The notes beneath the pieces were generated by a model, which did no database searches, was not told the DNA's origin, and saw only the letters and a list, made by a program, of their open reading frames with translations. A stretch of 64,000 bases of DNA from Flavobacteriales bacterium (lineage in GTDB: Bacteria; Bacteroidota; Bacteroidia; Flavobacteriales; UBA7312). The position numbers were made by a program, and so were the translations under genes. Position 1 is the stretch's first letter, and every line of letters begins with the position of its first letter. The stretch spans positions 16,422 to 80,421 of the forward strand of contig JBMHCD010000007.1 of NCBI GenBank assembly GCA_049890095.1, given 5' to 3'. This document shows positions 1 through 9,817 of this stretch, piece by piece.

Positions 1-1
1 A

Positions 2-754
2 ATTAAAGAATTAAAAGCTGGTATTGAAGATAATAAAATTCTAAAAGGTATCAACTTAGAAATAAACAAAGGAGAAATTCATGCTATAATGGGACCTAAT
101 GGTTCAGGAAAAAGTACTCTTTCTTCCGTTATTACCGGACGGGAAGACTACGAAGTTAGTGGTGGCTCTATTGACTTTGAGGGACAGAGTATTTTAGAAA
201 TGAGTCCTGAAGAGAGGGCACACTTAGGTATCTTTTTATCTTTTCAATACCCAATAGAAATACCAGGTGTATCTGTTTCTAACTTCATCAAAACCTCTAT
301 CAATGAAAGTCGTAAAGCTAAAGGATTAGAACCTATGCCTGCAGGAGAAATGCTTAAAATGATGAGAGAGAAAATGGAACTCTTGGACATAAAAAAAGGA
401 TTTTTGAGTAGATCTCTTAATCTTGGTTTTTCAGGAGGCGAAAAGAAAAGAAATGAAATTTTCCAATTAGCAACTTTAATGCCTAAACTTGCTATTCTTG
501 ACGAAACAGATTCTGGCTTAGATATTGATGCTCTTAGAATTGTAGCAAATGGTATAAACAAGCTAAGAACTTCTGAAAACGCTACAATAGTTATTACCCA
601 TTATCAACGTTTATTAGACTATATAGAGCCTGATTTTGTTCATGTCTTGTATAATGGAAAAATTATAAAATCAGGTACTAAAGATTTAGCTTTAGAGCTT
701 GAGGAAAAAGGATATGATTGGATAATTAAAGAAACAGAATCTCAGTGCATTTAA
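2..754 (+). CDS. sufC: Fe-S cluster assembly ATPase SufC (5' end cut by window edge)
   Basis: The frame is open from nt 2 ([39 protein letters not shown]). It has Walker [12 protein letters not shown] signature FSGGEKKR and Walker [11 protein letters not shown]. It is followed by sufD and sufS. Confidence 0.93.
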   Translation: MKELKAGIEDNKILKGINLEINKGEIHAIMGPNGSGKSTLSSVITGREDYEVSGGSIDFEGQSILEMSPEERAHLGIFLSFQYPIEIPGVSVSNFIKTSINESRKAKGLEPMPAGEMLKMMREKMELLDIKKGFLSRSLNLGFSGGEKKRNEIFQLATLMPKLAILDETDSGLDIDALRIVANGINKLRTSENATIVITHYQRLLDYIEPDFVHVLYNGKIIKSGTKDLALELEEKGYDWIIKETESQCI

Positions 755-2040
755 AAGAAAAATTAAATATCGCTTTTGAGCAACACTCATCTGATCTATC
801 GTTTATAGACAAAAGGAAAGAAAATTTTAGTCATTTCAATGAAATAGACTTTCCAACTATTAAACACGAAGAGTGGAAATACACTAATTTACAGCCACTA
901 CTAAAACAAGAATTTGATTTAGAGACTGACCTTAACGACATCAATCATAATCAAATAAAGGAGTACATTCTAAATGAGTCTGACACTTATCTTTTGGTAT
1001 TTGTAAACGGAGAGTTTAATATCGAGCTCTCAAGATTTGATAGTAAAAATGCTCACTTAAGTAGCCTAAAAAATGTTTCTTCGGATTACAAATCGTTAAT
1101 CGAAAAATATTGGAATTCTTGTTTGCCAAAAAATGGAGATGCCTTTGTATCTCTTAATAACGCTTTAGCTCAAGAAGGTGCATTTGTTTATATTCCTAAA
1201 GGAGTAGTCTTAGATAAGCCAATACAAATTATATATGCTAGTACTGGTTCAAAACCTATGTTCCTTCAAACAAGAGCATTAATTATTGCAGAAGAAAACT
1301 CACAAGTTCAAATTACGGAACGTCATCAGAACTTTAATGATAATGAAGTTTTTACAAATGCCCTATCCGAAATTATTGTTCATCAAAATGCAATTGTTGA
1401 TTTTTATAAAATACAAAACGATAACAAAAAATGCTCTATTGTAGATAATACATGGATTAATCAATCTGAAAACTGTAATTGCACAGTAGATACTTTCAGT
1501 TTTGGAGGTAAATTAATTAGAAATAATTTAACATTTAATCTAAAAGGTGAGCATAGTGAAAGTAATATGAGAGGGATAACTCTTATAGGGCAGGATCAGT
1601 TAGTAGATCATCACACTCTTGCTGATCATGTTGTGCCAAATTGCCAAAGCAATGAACTTTACAAAGGAATTTTTGACTTAAACTCTAAGGGTGTGTTTAA
1701 CGGAAAAGTTATGGTTCATCCACATGCTCAAAAAACAAACGCATTTCAATCAAACAATAATTTACTTCTGACTGATGACGCCACTATTGATACTAAACCT
1801 CAATTAGAAATTTATGCCGATGACGTAGCTTGTAGTCACGGATGTACTGTAGGTCAATTAGATGATGAAGCATTATTTTATTTAAGGTCAAGAGGAATTC
1901 CAAAAAAAGAAGCTCAAGCAATGTTGATGTATGCTTTTGCAAATGATGTTTTGAATAATGTAAAAATTGAAGAGCTTAAGAAAAAACTAAATTTAATTAT
2001 CGCAGAAAAAATTGGTGTTAATTTAGATATAGAGTTATAA
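745..2040 (+). CDS. sufD: Fe-S cluster assembly protein SufD
   Basis: 431 aa. The C-terminal SufB/SufD-type region reads [26 protein letters not shown]. The GTG start overlaps the sufC stop by 10 nt. The gene sits between sufC and sufS. Confidence 0.88.
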   Translation: MHLKEKLNIAFEQHSSDLSFIDKRKENFSHFNEIDFPTIKHEEWKYTNLQPLLKQEFDLETDLNDINHNQIKEYILNESDTYLLVFVNGEFNIELSRFDSKNAHLSSLKNVSSDYKSLIEKYWNSCLPKNGDAFVSLNNALAQEGAFVYIPKGVVLDKPIQIIYASTGSKPMFLQTRALIIAEENSQVQITERHQNFNDNEVFTNALSEIIVHQNAIVDFYKIQNDNKKCSIVDNTWINQSENCNCTVDTFSFGGKLIRNNLTFNLKGEHSESNMRGITLIGQDQLVDHHTLADHVVPNCQSNELYKGIFDLNSKGVFNGKVMVHPHAQKTNAFQSNNNLLLTDDATIDTKPQLEIYADDVACSHGCTVGQLDDEALFYLRSRGIPKKEAQAMLMYAFANDVLNNVKIEELKKKLNLIIAEKIGVNLDIEL

Positions 2041-3255
2041 ATGATTTCTATTGATAAAATACGATCACAATTTCCTGCTCTTCACCAAAAAGTAAATGGC
2101 TTTCCCCTTGTATATCTAGATAATGGAGCAACTACACATAAACCTCAACAGGTTATTGACTCTATTGAAAACTATTATCGTGTTCAAAATAGTAACATTC
2201 ATCGTGGTGTACACTTTTTAAGCCAACAAGCAACAGATGCTTACGAAGCTTCTAGAGAAACTCTAAGGCAACACTTTAATGCTTTACACTCCTACGAAAT
2301 TATTTTTACTAAAGGAAATACAGAATCTATAAATCTGGTAGCAAATGGTTTTTCAAAGCTTCTTCATAAAGGTGATGAAATAATTGTTTCTGCAATGGAA
2401 CATCATTCAAATATTGTTCCTTGGCAAATGGCTTGCGAATTTAGCGGTGCCGAATTAAAAGTCATCCCAATGTCAGATAAAGGAGAGTTAGAAATGAATG
2501 AATTCAGAGCTCTTTTAAATAAAAATACTAAACTAGTTGCTGTAAATCACATATCAAACGCTTTAGGAACTATTAATCCTGTAAAAGAAATTTGCCAACA
2601 AGCCCACAAAGTAGGAGCTGCTGTTCTTATAGATGGAGCTCAAGCAGGACCTCATTGTAAAATTGATGTGATTGACATAGATGCTGATTTTTATTGTATT
2701 TCTGGTCATAAAGTTTATGGCCCTACAGGTGTGGGAGCCCTATATGGAAAGGAAAAATGGTTGAAAAAACTTCCTCCTTATCAAGGCGGTGGAGAAATGA
2801 TTGATACCGTCAGTTTTAAAAAAACTACCTATGCGGATTTGCCTCATAAATTTGAAGCAGGGACACCAAATATTGCAGGTGGTATAGGATTGAAATCTGC
2901 TATAGACTGGTTAAACAATATTGGTCTAGATAACATCAAAAAACATGAGGACGAAATACTAGAGTATGCTCATCAACAATTATCCAAAATTGATGGTATA
3001 AGATTTGTTGGTGAAGCAAAACATAAGGCAGGAGTAATTTCTTTTTTAATTGATAAAATTCACCCTTATGATGTAGGTTTAATTTTAGATAAGCTAGGTA
3101 TTGCTGTCCGTACAGGACAACATTGTGCTCAACCTGTAATGGATGCGTTTTGTATTCCTGGAACCATAAGGGCATCATTTGCTATTTACAATACAAAAGA
3201 AGAAGTTGATAAGTTAGTAGAAGGATTAATAAAAGCAAAAAGCATGTTAGAATAG
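2041..3255 (+). CDS. sufS: cysteine desulfurase SufS
   Basis: 404 aa. PLP-lysine motif SGHKVYGPTGVG and catalytic Cys motif RTGQHCAQP are present. The ATG abuts the sufD stop. Confidence 0.95.
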   Translation: MISIDKIRSQFPALHQKVNGFPLVYLDNGATTHKPQQVIDSIENYYRVQNSNIHRGVHFLSQQATDAYEASRETLRQHFNALHSYEIIFTKGNTESINLVANGFSKLLHKGDEIIVSAMEHHSNIVPWQMACEFSGAELKVIPMSDKGELEMNEFRALLNKNTKLVAVNHISNALGTINPVKEICQQAHKVGAAVLIDGAQAGPHCKIDVIDIDADFYCISGHKVYGPTGVGALYGKEKWLKKLPPYQGGGEMIDTVSFKKTTYADLPHKFEAGTPNIAGGIGLKSAIDWLNNIGLDNIKKHEDEILEYAHQQLSKIDGIRFVGEAKHKAGVISFLIDKIHPYDVGLILDKLGIAVRTGQHCAQPVMDAFCIPGTIRASFAIYNTKEEVDKLVEGLIKAKSMLE

Positions 3256-3675
3256 ATGAACGCCATTTTAAAAATACAAAACGAAATTGTCGAAGAATTC
3301 AATATGTTTGAGCAATGGATGGAAAAATACGAACATATCATAGAAATTGGCAAAACTCTTCCTTTAATAGAGCCAGAATACAAAACTGACGATAACTTGA
3401 TTAATGGTTGTCAGTCTCGAGTTTGGTTACATGCTAACTATAACAACGGGCTAATCGTATTTACGGCAGACAGTGATGCGATTATGACAAAGGGAATTGT
3501 TGGCTTATTGATTCGTACTTTCTCAAATCAAAGTCCACAAGATATTATTGATGCAGATACCGATTTCATAAATAAAATCGGACTAAACGAACAACTTTCA
3601 CCTACTCGAGCAAATGGTCTTTCAAGCATGGTTAAACAAATGAAGATTTATGCCTATGCTTATTTGACAAAATAA
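3256..3675 (+). CDS. sufE: sulfur acceptor SufE-family protein
   Basis: 139 aa. The conserved Cys context is INGCQSRVWL. The ATG directly follows the sufS stop. Confidence 0.85.
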   Translation: MNAILKIQNEIVEEFNMFEQWMEKYEHIIEIGKTLPLIEPEYKTDDNLINGCQSRVWLHANYNNGLIVFTADSDAIMTKGIVGLLIRTFSNQSPQDIIDADTDFINKIGLNEQLSPTRANGLSSMVKQMKIYAYAYLTK

Positions 3676-3683
3676 TAAACACT

Positions 3684-4007
3684 ATGAAAACAGACAAAGA
3701 ATTACAAAAAATTGGAGAGTTAGTGGTTGGAAAAATCTGTGAAATATACGATCCAGAAATTCCGGTTAATATTTATGAATTAGGTCTTATTTACGATATT
3801 CAGGTAAGTCAAGACTGCGATATCGAAATAGAAATGACATTAACCTCACCAAACTGTCCTGTTGCTGAAACCTTACCTGTTGAAGTAGAAGAAAAAGTAA
3901 AAACTCTTGAAGATGTTAAAAATGTAAATGTCAATATTACTTTTGATCCTCCATGGGATAAAAGTATGATGAGTGAAGAAGCTAAGTTAGAATTAGGAAT
4001 GTTATAA
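3684..4007 (+). CDS. DUF59 / SufT-like Fe-S assembly protein
   Basis: 107 aa. MIP18/DUF59 motifs DPEIPVNIYELGLIY and TLTSPNCPVAE are present. The gene is part of the suf operon. Confidence 0.8.
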   Translation: MKTDKELQKIGELVVGKICEIYDPEIPVNIYELGLIYDIQVSQDCDIEIEMTLTSPNCPVAETLPVEVEEKVKTLEDVKNVNVNITFDPPWDKSMMSEEAKLELGML

Positions 4008-4008
4008 T

Positions 4009-4515
4009 ATGAGTGACGATATTGTTAACAGAGTTGCAAACAGTGGTTTAATTACCATAAACCTTGAAGATTTTTATCCAATAGGACAACGAAATACAAT
4101 TGATTTAAAACAGTGGCTTTTCCAAGAATCTATATTAAAAGAAAAAGACTTTCGTGAATTCGTAAAACAACACAACTGGCTACAGTATCAAGACTGCTAT
4201 GTTTCAATTCATTGTTCTGTTGATGCAATAATTCCGATTTGGGCATACATGCTGGTTAGCTCAAAATTAAACAATATTGCAAAATTATGTGTAATTGGTA
4301 GCTCAGAAAACTTAGAAGTAACATTATTTCAAAGTATTATTGACCAACTAGATACAAATGAGTTTAAAGACAAAAGAGTCATAATTAAAGGCTGTTCCAA
4401 CTTACCGATTTGTACTCATGCATATGCAAGCTTAACAAACAAACTTATACCTATTGCTAAAAGTATAATGTATGGAGAAGCTTGTTCTTCCGTACCTATT
4501 TACAAAAGAAAATGA
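4009..4515 (+). CDS. DUF2480-family protein (function unknown)
   Basis: 168 aa. It starts 1 nt after the preceding stop. I recall this family trailing Bacteroidota suf operons. No catalytic motif is recognised. Confidence 0.6.
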   Translation: MSDDIVNRVANSGLITINLEDFYPIGQRNTIDLKQWLFQESILKEKDFREFVKQHNWLQYQDCYVSIHCSVDAIIPIWAYMLVSSKLNNIAKLCVIGSSENLEVTLFQSIIDQLDTNEFKDKRVIIKGCSNLPICTHAYASLTNKLIPIAKSIMYGEACSSVPIYKRK

Positions 4516-5312
4516 ATGAAAAAATAACCGAAATTAAGGAGGCAATTCTTCCATATAGAGAACTCTTATTAAGACACCCTGTATACCAACAACTTCGACA
4601 CCTTAACGATCTTAATATCTTAATGGAACAGCATGTTTTTGCTGTATGGGATTTTATGGCTCTTTTAAAGTCATTACAATTTGGCCTCACCAGCACCAAT
4701 GCCCCATGGATGCCTATTGGCAATCCGAAAACTAGGCGATTGATAAATGAAATTGTTCTAGAAGAAGAAAGTGATATTGACATAAATGGAAACCCATCAA
4801 GTCATTATGAAATGTACTTACAGGCTATGCATCAAAGTGGTGCAAATACCGAAAAAGTAGAACGATTTATAAAAAGACTTCTATCTGGATATTCTCACAA
4901 AGAATTATTAAAATTTAATGTTGAACAAATTGAAGAATACACTCTTGAATTTATCAATACTACATTTGATATTATTCATAATGGAAAGTTGCATGAAATT
5001 GCAGCTGCGTTTACATTTGGACGAGAAGATCTTATTCCAGACATGTTCAGATCTATTGTTAACGACTTAGATAAAAACTTTCCTGGTAAACTGATAATCT
5101 TTAGATATTACTTAGATAGGCACATTGAATTGGATGAAGAGGTGCATACACCTCTAGCCCTTCAAATGATTGAGGAACTTTGTGGAGATGATCAAATTAA
5201 ATGGAATGAAGCAAAAAAAGTTGCTGCTAAATGTTTAAAAGCAAGAATAAAACTTTGGGATGGTATAGAGCAAAGTATTAAAAACAGTCAAATTCCAGAT
5301 TTAATAGATTAA
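4512..5312 (+). CDS. DUF3050-family, heme-oxygenase-like helical protein (function unknown)
   Basis: The ATG at 4512 overlaps the DUF2480 stop (ATGA). 266 aa. The motif HVFAVWDFMALLKSLQ is typical of DUF3050 by recall. The ORF-track start at 4482 is judged an upstream extension. Confidence 0.6.
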   Translation: MNEKITEIKEAILPYRELLLRHPVYQQLRHLNDLNILMEQHVFAVWDFMALLKSLQFGLTSTNAPWMPIGNPKTRRLINEIVLEEESDIDINGNPSSHYEMYLQAMHQSGANTEKVERFIKRLLSGYSHKELLKFNVEQIEEYTLEFINTTFDIIHNGKLHEIAAAFTFGREDLIPDMFRSIVNDLDKNFPGKLIIFRYYLDRHIELDEEVHTPLALQMIEELCGDDQIKWNEAKKVAAKCLKARIKLWDGIEQSIKNSQIPDLID

Positions 5313-5355
5313 TATATTTAACAACTCACTTATCGTTGTTCATTAAAAAAGTACT

Positions 5356-5383
5356 CTTGAAGTCTAACGTTCAAGGTTTTTTT
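5356..5383 (+). terminator. intrinsic terminator after the suf-operon tail
   Basis: Stem cttgaa (5356-5361) pairs with ttcaag (5370-5375) around an 8-nt loop, followed by a T-run at 5377-5383. Confidence 0.6.
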
Positions 5384-5429
5384 ATTTATTTGCATAAAAC
5401 AAGAATCAATACACTTAAATTATATTAAA

Positions 5430-7817
5430 ATGATAAAAAAATTAACCTCCATTTTTATTGCGATGGTCTTGGGATTCTTCTCTGTTAAGGCAGACGAAGG
5501 TATGTGGCTACCACTATTACTTCAAGACAACGAAGCTGATATGCAAGCATTAGGGCTAAAATTAAACGCTTCTGAAATCTATGACATCAACAATTCTTCT
5601 TTAAAAGATGCTGTTGTTTCCTTAGGTGGTTTTTGTACTGCAGAGATGATTTCTGATCAAGGACTCTTACTTACCAATCATCATTGTGCCTACGACATCA
5701 TACAAACCCATAGTACCGTGTCTAATAACTATTTAACTGACGGTTTCTGGGCTATGGATAAAGATGAAGAAATTCCTAATGAAGATCTTTTTGTATCCTT
5801 TTTGGTAAGGATGGAAGATGTTAGTGAAAGAATTAATACAGCTCTTGATACTGTTGATGCCGATCAAAGAGCTATGGTTATCCGAAAATTGTCGTCTGAA
5901 ATAGTTAAAGAGGCAACAGAAGATACCCATTACAATGCTAGAGTTAAAGGTTTTTTTGGCGGTAACGACTTTTATCTAATGGTATATGAAACATTCAATG
6001 ATGTTCGATTAGTTGGTGCTCCTCCTTCGTCTATTGGTAAATATGGTGGTGATACGGATAACTGGATGTGGCCTCGTCACACAGGAGACTTTGCATTATT
6101 AAGAGTATATACAGGCCCTGATGGAAAACCTGCTGAATTCTCTGAAGATAATGTTCCGTTAAAACCAAAGCATCATTTTCCTATTTCTTTAGATGGAGTT
6201 GAAAATGGTGATTTTGCTATGGTTATGGGCTTTCCTGGATCTACTGATAGATATTTGTCCTCTTTCGGTGTAAAACAAGCTATTGATCAAAAGAATCCTA
6301 CTATTGTTAAAATTAGAGATACTAAACTTTCTATAATGAAAAAGCATATGGATGCTAAGGAAAAAGTTCGTATTCAATACGCTGCCAAATATGCTCAAAC
6401 AGCAAACTATTGGAAGTACTTTATTGGACAAACAAAGGGCTTGAAAACAATGAAAGTTTACGAAAAGAAACAAGCAATAGAAAAGCAATTTACAGAATGG
6501 GTTAACAGCAGTGAGCAACGTATAGAAAAATATGGGGAGGCTTTAAATCTACTTGCTGATGCATATTATGAGAACGAAAAAATCAATGAAAGTAGAATCT
6601 TTTTAAACGAAGCTATCTTCCAAGGTCCTGAAGTATTCTACTTTATCTATAGAATTAAAGATGCAATAGAAAATCTCCCAGAAGAACCAAAAGAAAGAAG
6701 GTTAGCCATAAATGAATTAAAAGATATGGCAAGAGAGCATTTCAAAAACTATAATAAAAACTTAGATCAAGATCTTTTTGCAGGCTTACTTTCATTATAT
6801 GAACAAAATATACCAAAAAGCAGACAAGCTGATGCGTTTGAAAAAGTTCGTACCCATTGGTATACTAAAGGAGACTGGGATAAATTCGCAACTTATGTTT
6901 ACAAGAACTCTCCATTTGTTGATCGATCAAAATTTTGGGAGTTCTTGGAAAACCCAACTACAGCTAAACTAGAAAAAGATTATGCTGTAAGAATGTTCAA
7001 TTCTATTTTTGATCACTACATTGAAACTATTTCGCCAAAAAGATCTTCTATTCGAAAAGACCTAAATGAAGGTGAACGTCTCTTCATTGCAGGTTTAAGA
7101 GAAATGATGCCAGACAAAAAGTTCTATCCTAATGCAAACTCTACAATGCGTTTAACTTATGGGTCAGTTGCAGATTATAACCCTGGAGATGCAATACATT
7201 ATGACTATGTTACAACATTGGATGGTTTGATGGCTAAAGAAGATCCTTCTAATGATGAATTTATTGTTCCTGAAAAATTAAGCGAACTTTACAATGCTAA
7301 AGATTATGGTCGTTATGCGGATGAAAATGGAAATCTGATTGTTAATTTTATCAGTGGAAATGATATCACAGGAGGAAACTCTGGTAGTCCTGTTTTAAAT
7401 GGATATGGAGAGTTAATAGGTACGGCTTTTGACGGTAACTGGGAAGCTATGAGTGGAGATATTGCGTTTGAAAATGACATTCAACGTACTATTTCTGTTG
7501 ACATCAGATATACAATGTTTATCATTGATAAATTTGCCGGTGCTAAACATTTAATTGATGAGATGACTATAGCTCCAAAAAGACCAAAGCCACTTACTGA
7601 AGAAGAGCAATTAGCAAAAGATTTGTTTGATGCCGAAACTGACCCAATGACGATTTACAAAAAGCTTTCTACTATTACATATTTAGGTGAAGAAATTCCT
7701 GTAATCGAAAGTCACTCTTTTGGTTCTGCGTTTGATTTAGCAGTTGCTCAATTTGGAAGTGCTTCAAACATTAAGTTTTTCTGGAAAGGTACGGTTTATA
7801 CCACAGAAAAAAGATAA
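5430..7817 (+). CDS. S46-family serine dipeptidyl-peptidase (DPP7/DPP11-like) with extra C-terminal tail
   Basis: 795 aa. A signal peptide is followed by DEGMWLP. Catalytic His context is LTNHHCAYD and catalytic Ser context is GGNSGSPV. The last ~81 aa lie beyond the usual family end. Confidence 0.88.
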   Translation: MIKKLTSIFIAMVLGFFSVKADEGMWLPLLLQDNEADMQALGLKLNASEIYDINNSSLKDAVVSLGGFCTAEMISDQGLLLTNHHCAYDIIQTHSTVSNNYLTDGFWAMDKDEEIPNEDLFVSFLVRMEDVSERINTALDTVDADQRAMVIRKLSSEIVKEATEDTHYNARVKGFFGGNDFYLMVYETFNDVRLVGAPPSSIGKYGGDTDNWMWPRHTGDFALLRVYTGPDGKPAEFSEDNVPLKPKHHFPISLDGVENGDFAMVMGFPGSTDRYLSSFGVKQAIDQKNPTIVKIRDTKLSIMKKHMDAKEKVRIQYAAKYAQTANYWKYFIGQTKGLKTMKVYEKKQAIEKQFTEWVNSSEQRIEKYGEALNLLADAYYENEKINESRIFLNEAIFQGPEVFYFIYRIKDAIENLPEEPKERRLAINELKDMAREHFKNYNKNLDQDLFAGLLSLYEQNIPKSRQADAFEKVRTHWYTKGDWDKFATYVYKNSPFVDRSKFWEFLENPTTAKLEKDYAVRMFNSIFDHYIETISPKRSSIRKDLNEGERLFIAGLREMMPDKKFYPNANSTMRLTYGSVADYNPGDAIHYDYVTTLDGLMAKEDPSNDEFIVPEKLSELYNAKDYGRYADENGNLIVNFISGNDITGGNSGSPVLNGYGELIGTAFDGNWEAMSGDIAFENDIQRTISVDIRYTMFIIDKFAGAKHLIDEMTIAPKRPKPLTEEEQLAKDLFDAETDPMTIYKKLSTITYLGEEIPVIESHSFGSAFDLAVAQFGSASNIKFFWKGTVYTTEKR

Positions 7818-7836
7818 TTACTATTAATTGAACAAT

Positions 7837-7871
7837 AAAAAAGCCCTTGCTGAATTGCAAGGGCTTTTTTT
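7837..7871. terminator. bidirectional intrinsic terminator between the S46 peptidase and purF
   Basis: Stem gcccttgc (7843-7850) pairs with gcaagggc (7857-7864) around a 6-nt loop. It is flanked by an A-run (7837-7842) and a T-run (7865-7871). Confidence 0.8.
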
Positions 7872-7887
7872 ATACTTTAAACTTAAC

Positions 7888-9771
7888 TTAATAAGCCCTT
7901 TCGTTTACTCCTTCCATATAATTTACAAATGCCTTATTTACCACTCTATTACCTCCTGGTGTTGGATAATTTCCAGTAAAATACCAATCCCCTGTATGAT
8001 TAGGACATGAATCATGAAGGTCTGAAATACTCTGATAAATGATTTCCACCTCTGCATTAATTTCTTTTGGTGTTAATAGTTGAGCTATTTTATTAGAAAT
8101 TTGCTGTGCACTGAACGAGTCATATACTGACTTTACAAAATTTATTTCTTGCTTGTCATTTAATTTACATTGTTGATAAACCTCATCCAAAACATGTTCC
8201 TTATTATTTTCTTTTAGTAATTCTACTGCTGCTTGAAAGGCAATAAAATCACCCAATTTTGCCATATCAATACCATAGCAATCAGGATATCTTATTTGAG
8301 GAGCAGATGATACGATAATAATTTTTTTAGGGCCTAATCTGTCTAAAATTCTCAAAATAGATTGTTTAAGTGTCGTGCCTCTAACAATACTATCATCAAT
8401 CATTACTAAGTTATCTTCTGGCTTAACAGTTCCGTATGTTATATCGTATACATGCGCAACCAAATCATCTCTACTATCATCCTGTGTAATAAAGGTTCTT
8501 AATTTTGCGTCTTTTATTGCAATTTTTTCAGCTCTCGTATTTAAAGATAATATTTCTCGTACCTTTTCTGGATCTGGAGATTTACCTAAAGCAATAATTT
8601 TATTCTCCTTTATTCTATTTAAATGCTGATCCATTCCCTTAACCATACCAAAAAAGGATACTTCGGCAGTATTAGGAATAAATGAAAAAACCGTGTTTTT
8701 TAAATCGTAGTCAACCGCTTCTAGAATTGGTAGACAAAGACGTTTTCCCAAATTCATTCGCTCTTGATAAATATCTATATCGTTTCCTCTAGAGAAATAA
8801 ATTCTCTCAAAAGAACAAGCTTTTCGTTTCATTGGTTTCGATACTTCCCTAAGATCAAACGAACCATTTCTTTTTATAATTAAAGCATGACCAGGATCAA
8901 TTTCATGAATAGATTCAGCTGGCACATTAAAAGCTGTTTGAATTACAGGACGTTCGGAGGTAACTACCACAATTTCATCATCTGCATAGTAAAATGCTGG
9001 TCGTATTCCAGAAGGGTCTCTTAATGCAAATGCATCTCCATGACCAATCATTCCACACATCACATATCCTCCGTCCCAACGCTTAGCAGAATTTATCAAT
9101 ACATTTTGTATGTCTAAATCATTTGCAATTTTTTCAGACATGGCAGGGCCAATATAATTGGGCTTATGATCATAATAAATTCGATCATTTTCAACATCTA
9201 AAAAATGTCCTATCTTTTCTAATATAGTAACGGTATCTGCTTTTTCTTTTGGATGTTGACCTAGCTCCACAAGCTCATTGAACAATTCATCTACATTAGT
9301 CATATTGAAGTTACCTGCTAAAACTAAACTTCTAGTCCTCCAATTATTTTGCCTTAAAAATGGATGGCATTGTTCAATACTATTTCCACCATAAGTTCCA
9401 TATCTTAAATGACCAAGTAGTAGCTCTCCTGTAAAAGCGACATTTTTTTGCAACCATTCTGTATCATTCAATTTATTCGGTGCATTTTCTTGAAGATCCA
9501 CAAATCTTTTGTTTATGTAGTCAAATAAATCTTGAATGGGCTTAGTAGCGTTTGAACGATGCCTACTAATGTAACGACTTCCAACTGGAACATCTAATTT
9601 TATGGTTGCTAACCCTGCTCCATCTTGTCCTCTATTGTGTTGCTTTTCCATAAGCAAACACATTTTGTTTAAGCCATAAAGAGCGGTGCCGTATTTGTTT
9701 TTATAATAGTCTAAAGGTTTGCGTAATCGAAGCATTGCAATTCCGCACTCGTGTTTAATGGCGTCGCTCAT
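7888..9771 (-). CDS. purF: amidophosphoribosyltransferase (long Bacteroidota type)
   Basis: 627 aa. The N-terminal class-II amidotransferase Cys context is HECGIAMLRL. The PRPP loop is VMIDDSIVRGTTLK. Confidence 0.92.
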   Translation of the reverse strand: MSDAIKHECGIAMLRLRKPLDYYKNKYGTALYGLNKMCLLMEKQHNRGQDGAGLATIKLDVPVGSRYISRHRSNATKPIQDLFDYINKRFVDLQENAPNKLNDTEWLQKNVAFTGELLLGHLRYGTYGGNSIEQCHPFLRQNNWRTRSLVLAGNFNMTNVDELFNELVELGQHPKEKADTVTILEKIGHFLDVENDRIYYDHKPNYIGPAMSEKIANDLDIQNVLINSAKRWDGGYVMCGMIGHGDAFALRDPSGIRPAFYYADDEIVVVTSERPVIQTAFNVPAESIHEIDPGHALIIKRNGSFDLREVSKPMKRKACSFERIYFSRGNDIDIYQERMNLGKRLCLPILEAVDYDLKNTVFSFIPNTAEVSFFGMVKGMDQHLNRIKENKIIALGKSPDPEKVREILSLNTRAEKIAIKDAKLRTFITQDDSRDDLVAHVYDITYGTVKPEDNLVMIDDSIVRGTTLKQSILRILDRLGPKKIIIVSSAPQIRYPDCYGIDMAKLGDFIAFQAAVELLKENNKEHVLDEVYQQCKLNDKQEINFVKSVYDSFSAQQISNKIAQLLTPKEINAEVEIIYQSISDLHDSCPNHTGDWYFTGNYPTPGGNRVVNKAFVNYMEGVNERAY

Positions 9772-9799
9772 TAATTTTTTATTTAATAGATATGATTAA

Positions 9800-9807
9800 C
9801 AAAAATA
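9800..9807 (-). promoter_or_regulatory. candidate Bacteroidota -7 promoter element (TAnnTTTG) for purF
   Basis: The minus strand reads TATTTTTG, 28 nt upstream of the purF ATG, in the 46-bp spacer after the ACMSD-like stop. Confidence 0.3.
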
Positions 9808-9817
9808 AACTTTATTG

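Noticed and set aside
7828-8010. A 60-aa ORF starting in the S46/purF spacer.
   Set aside because: It runs through the bidirectional terminator hairpin and then antisense into the purF 3' end, which makes it implausible as a gene.
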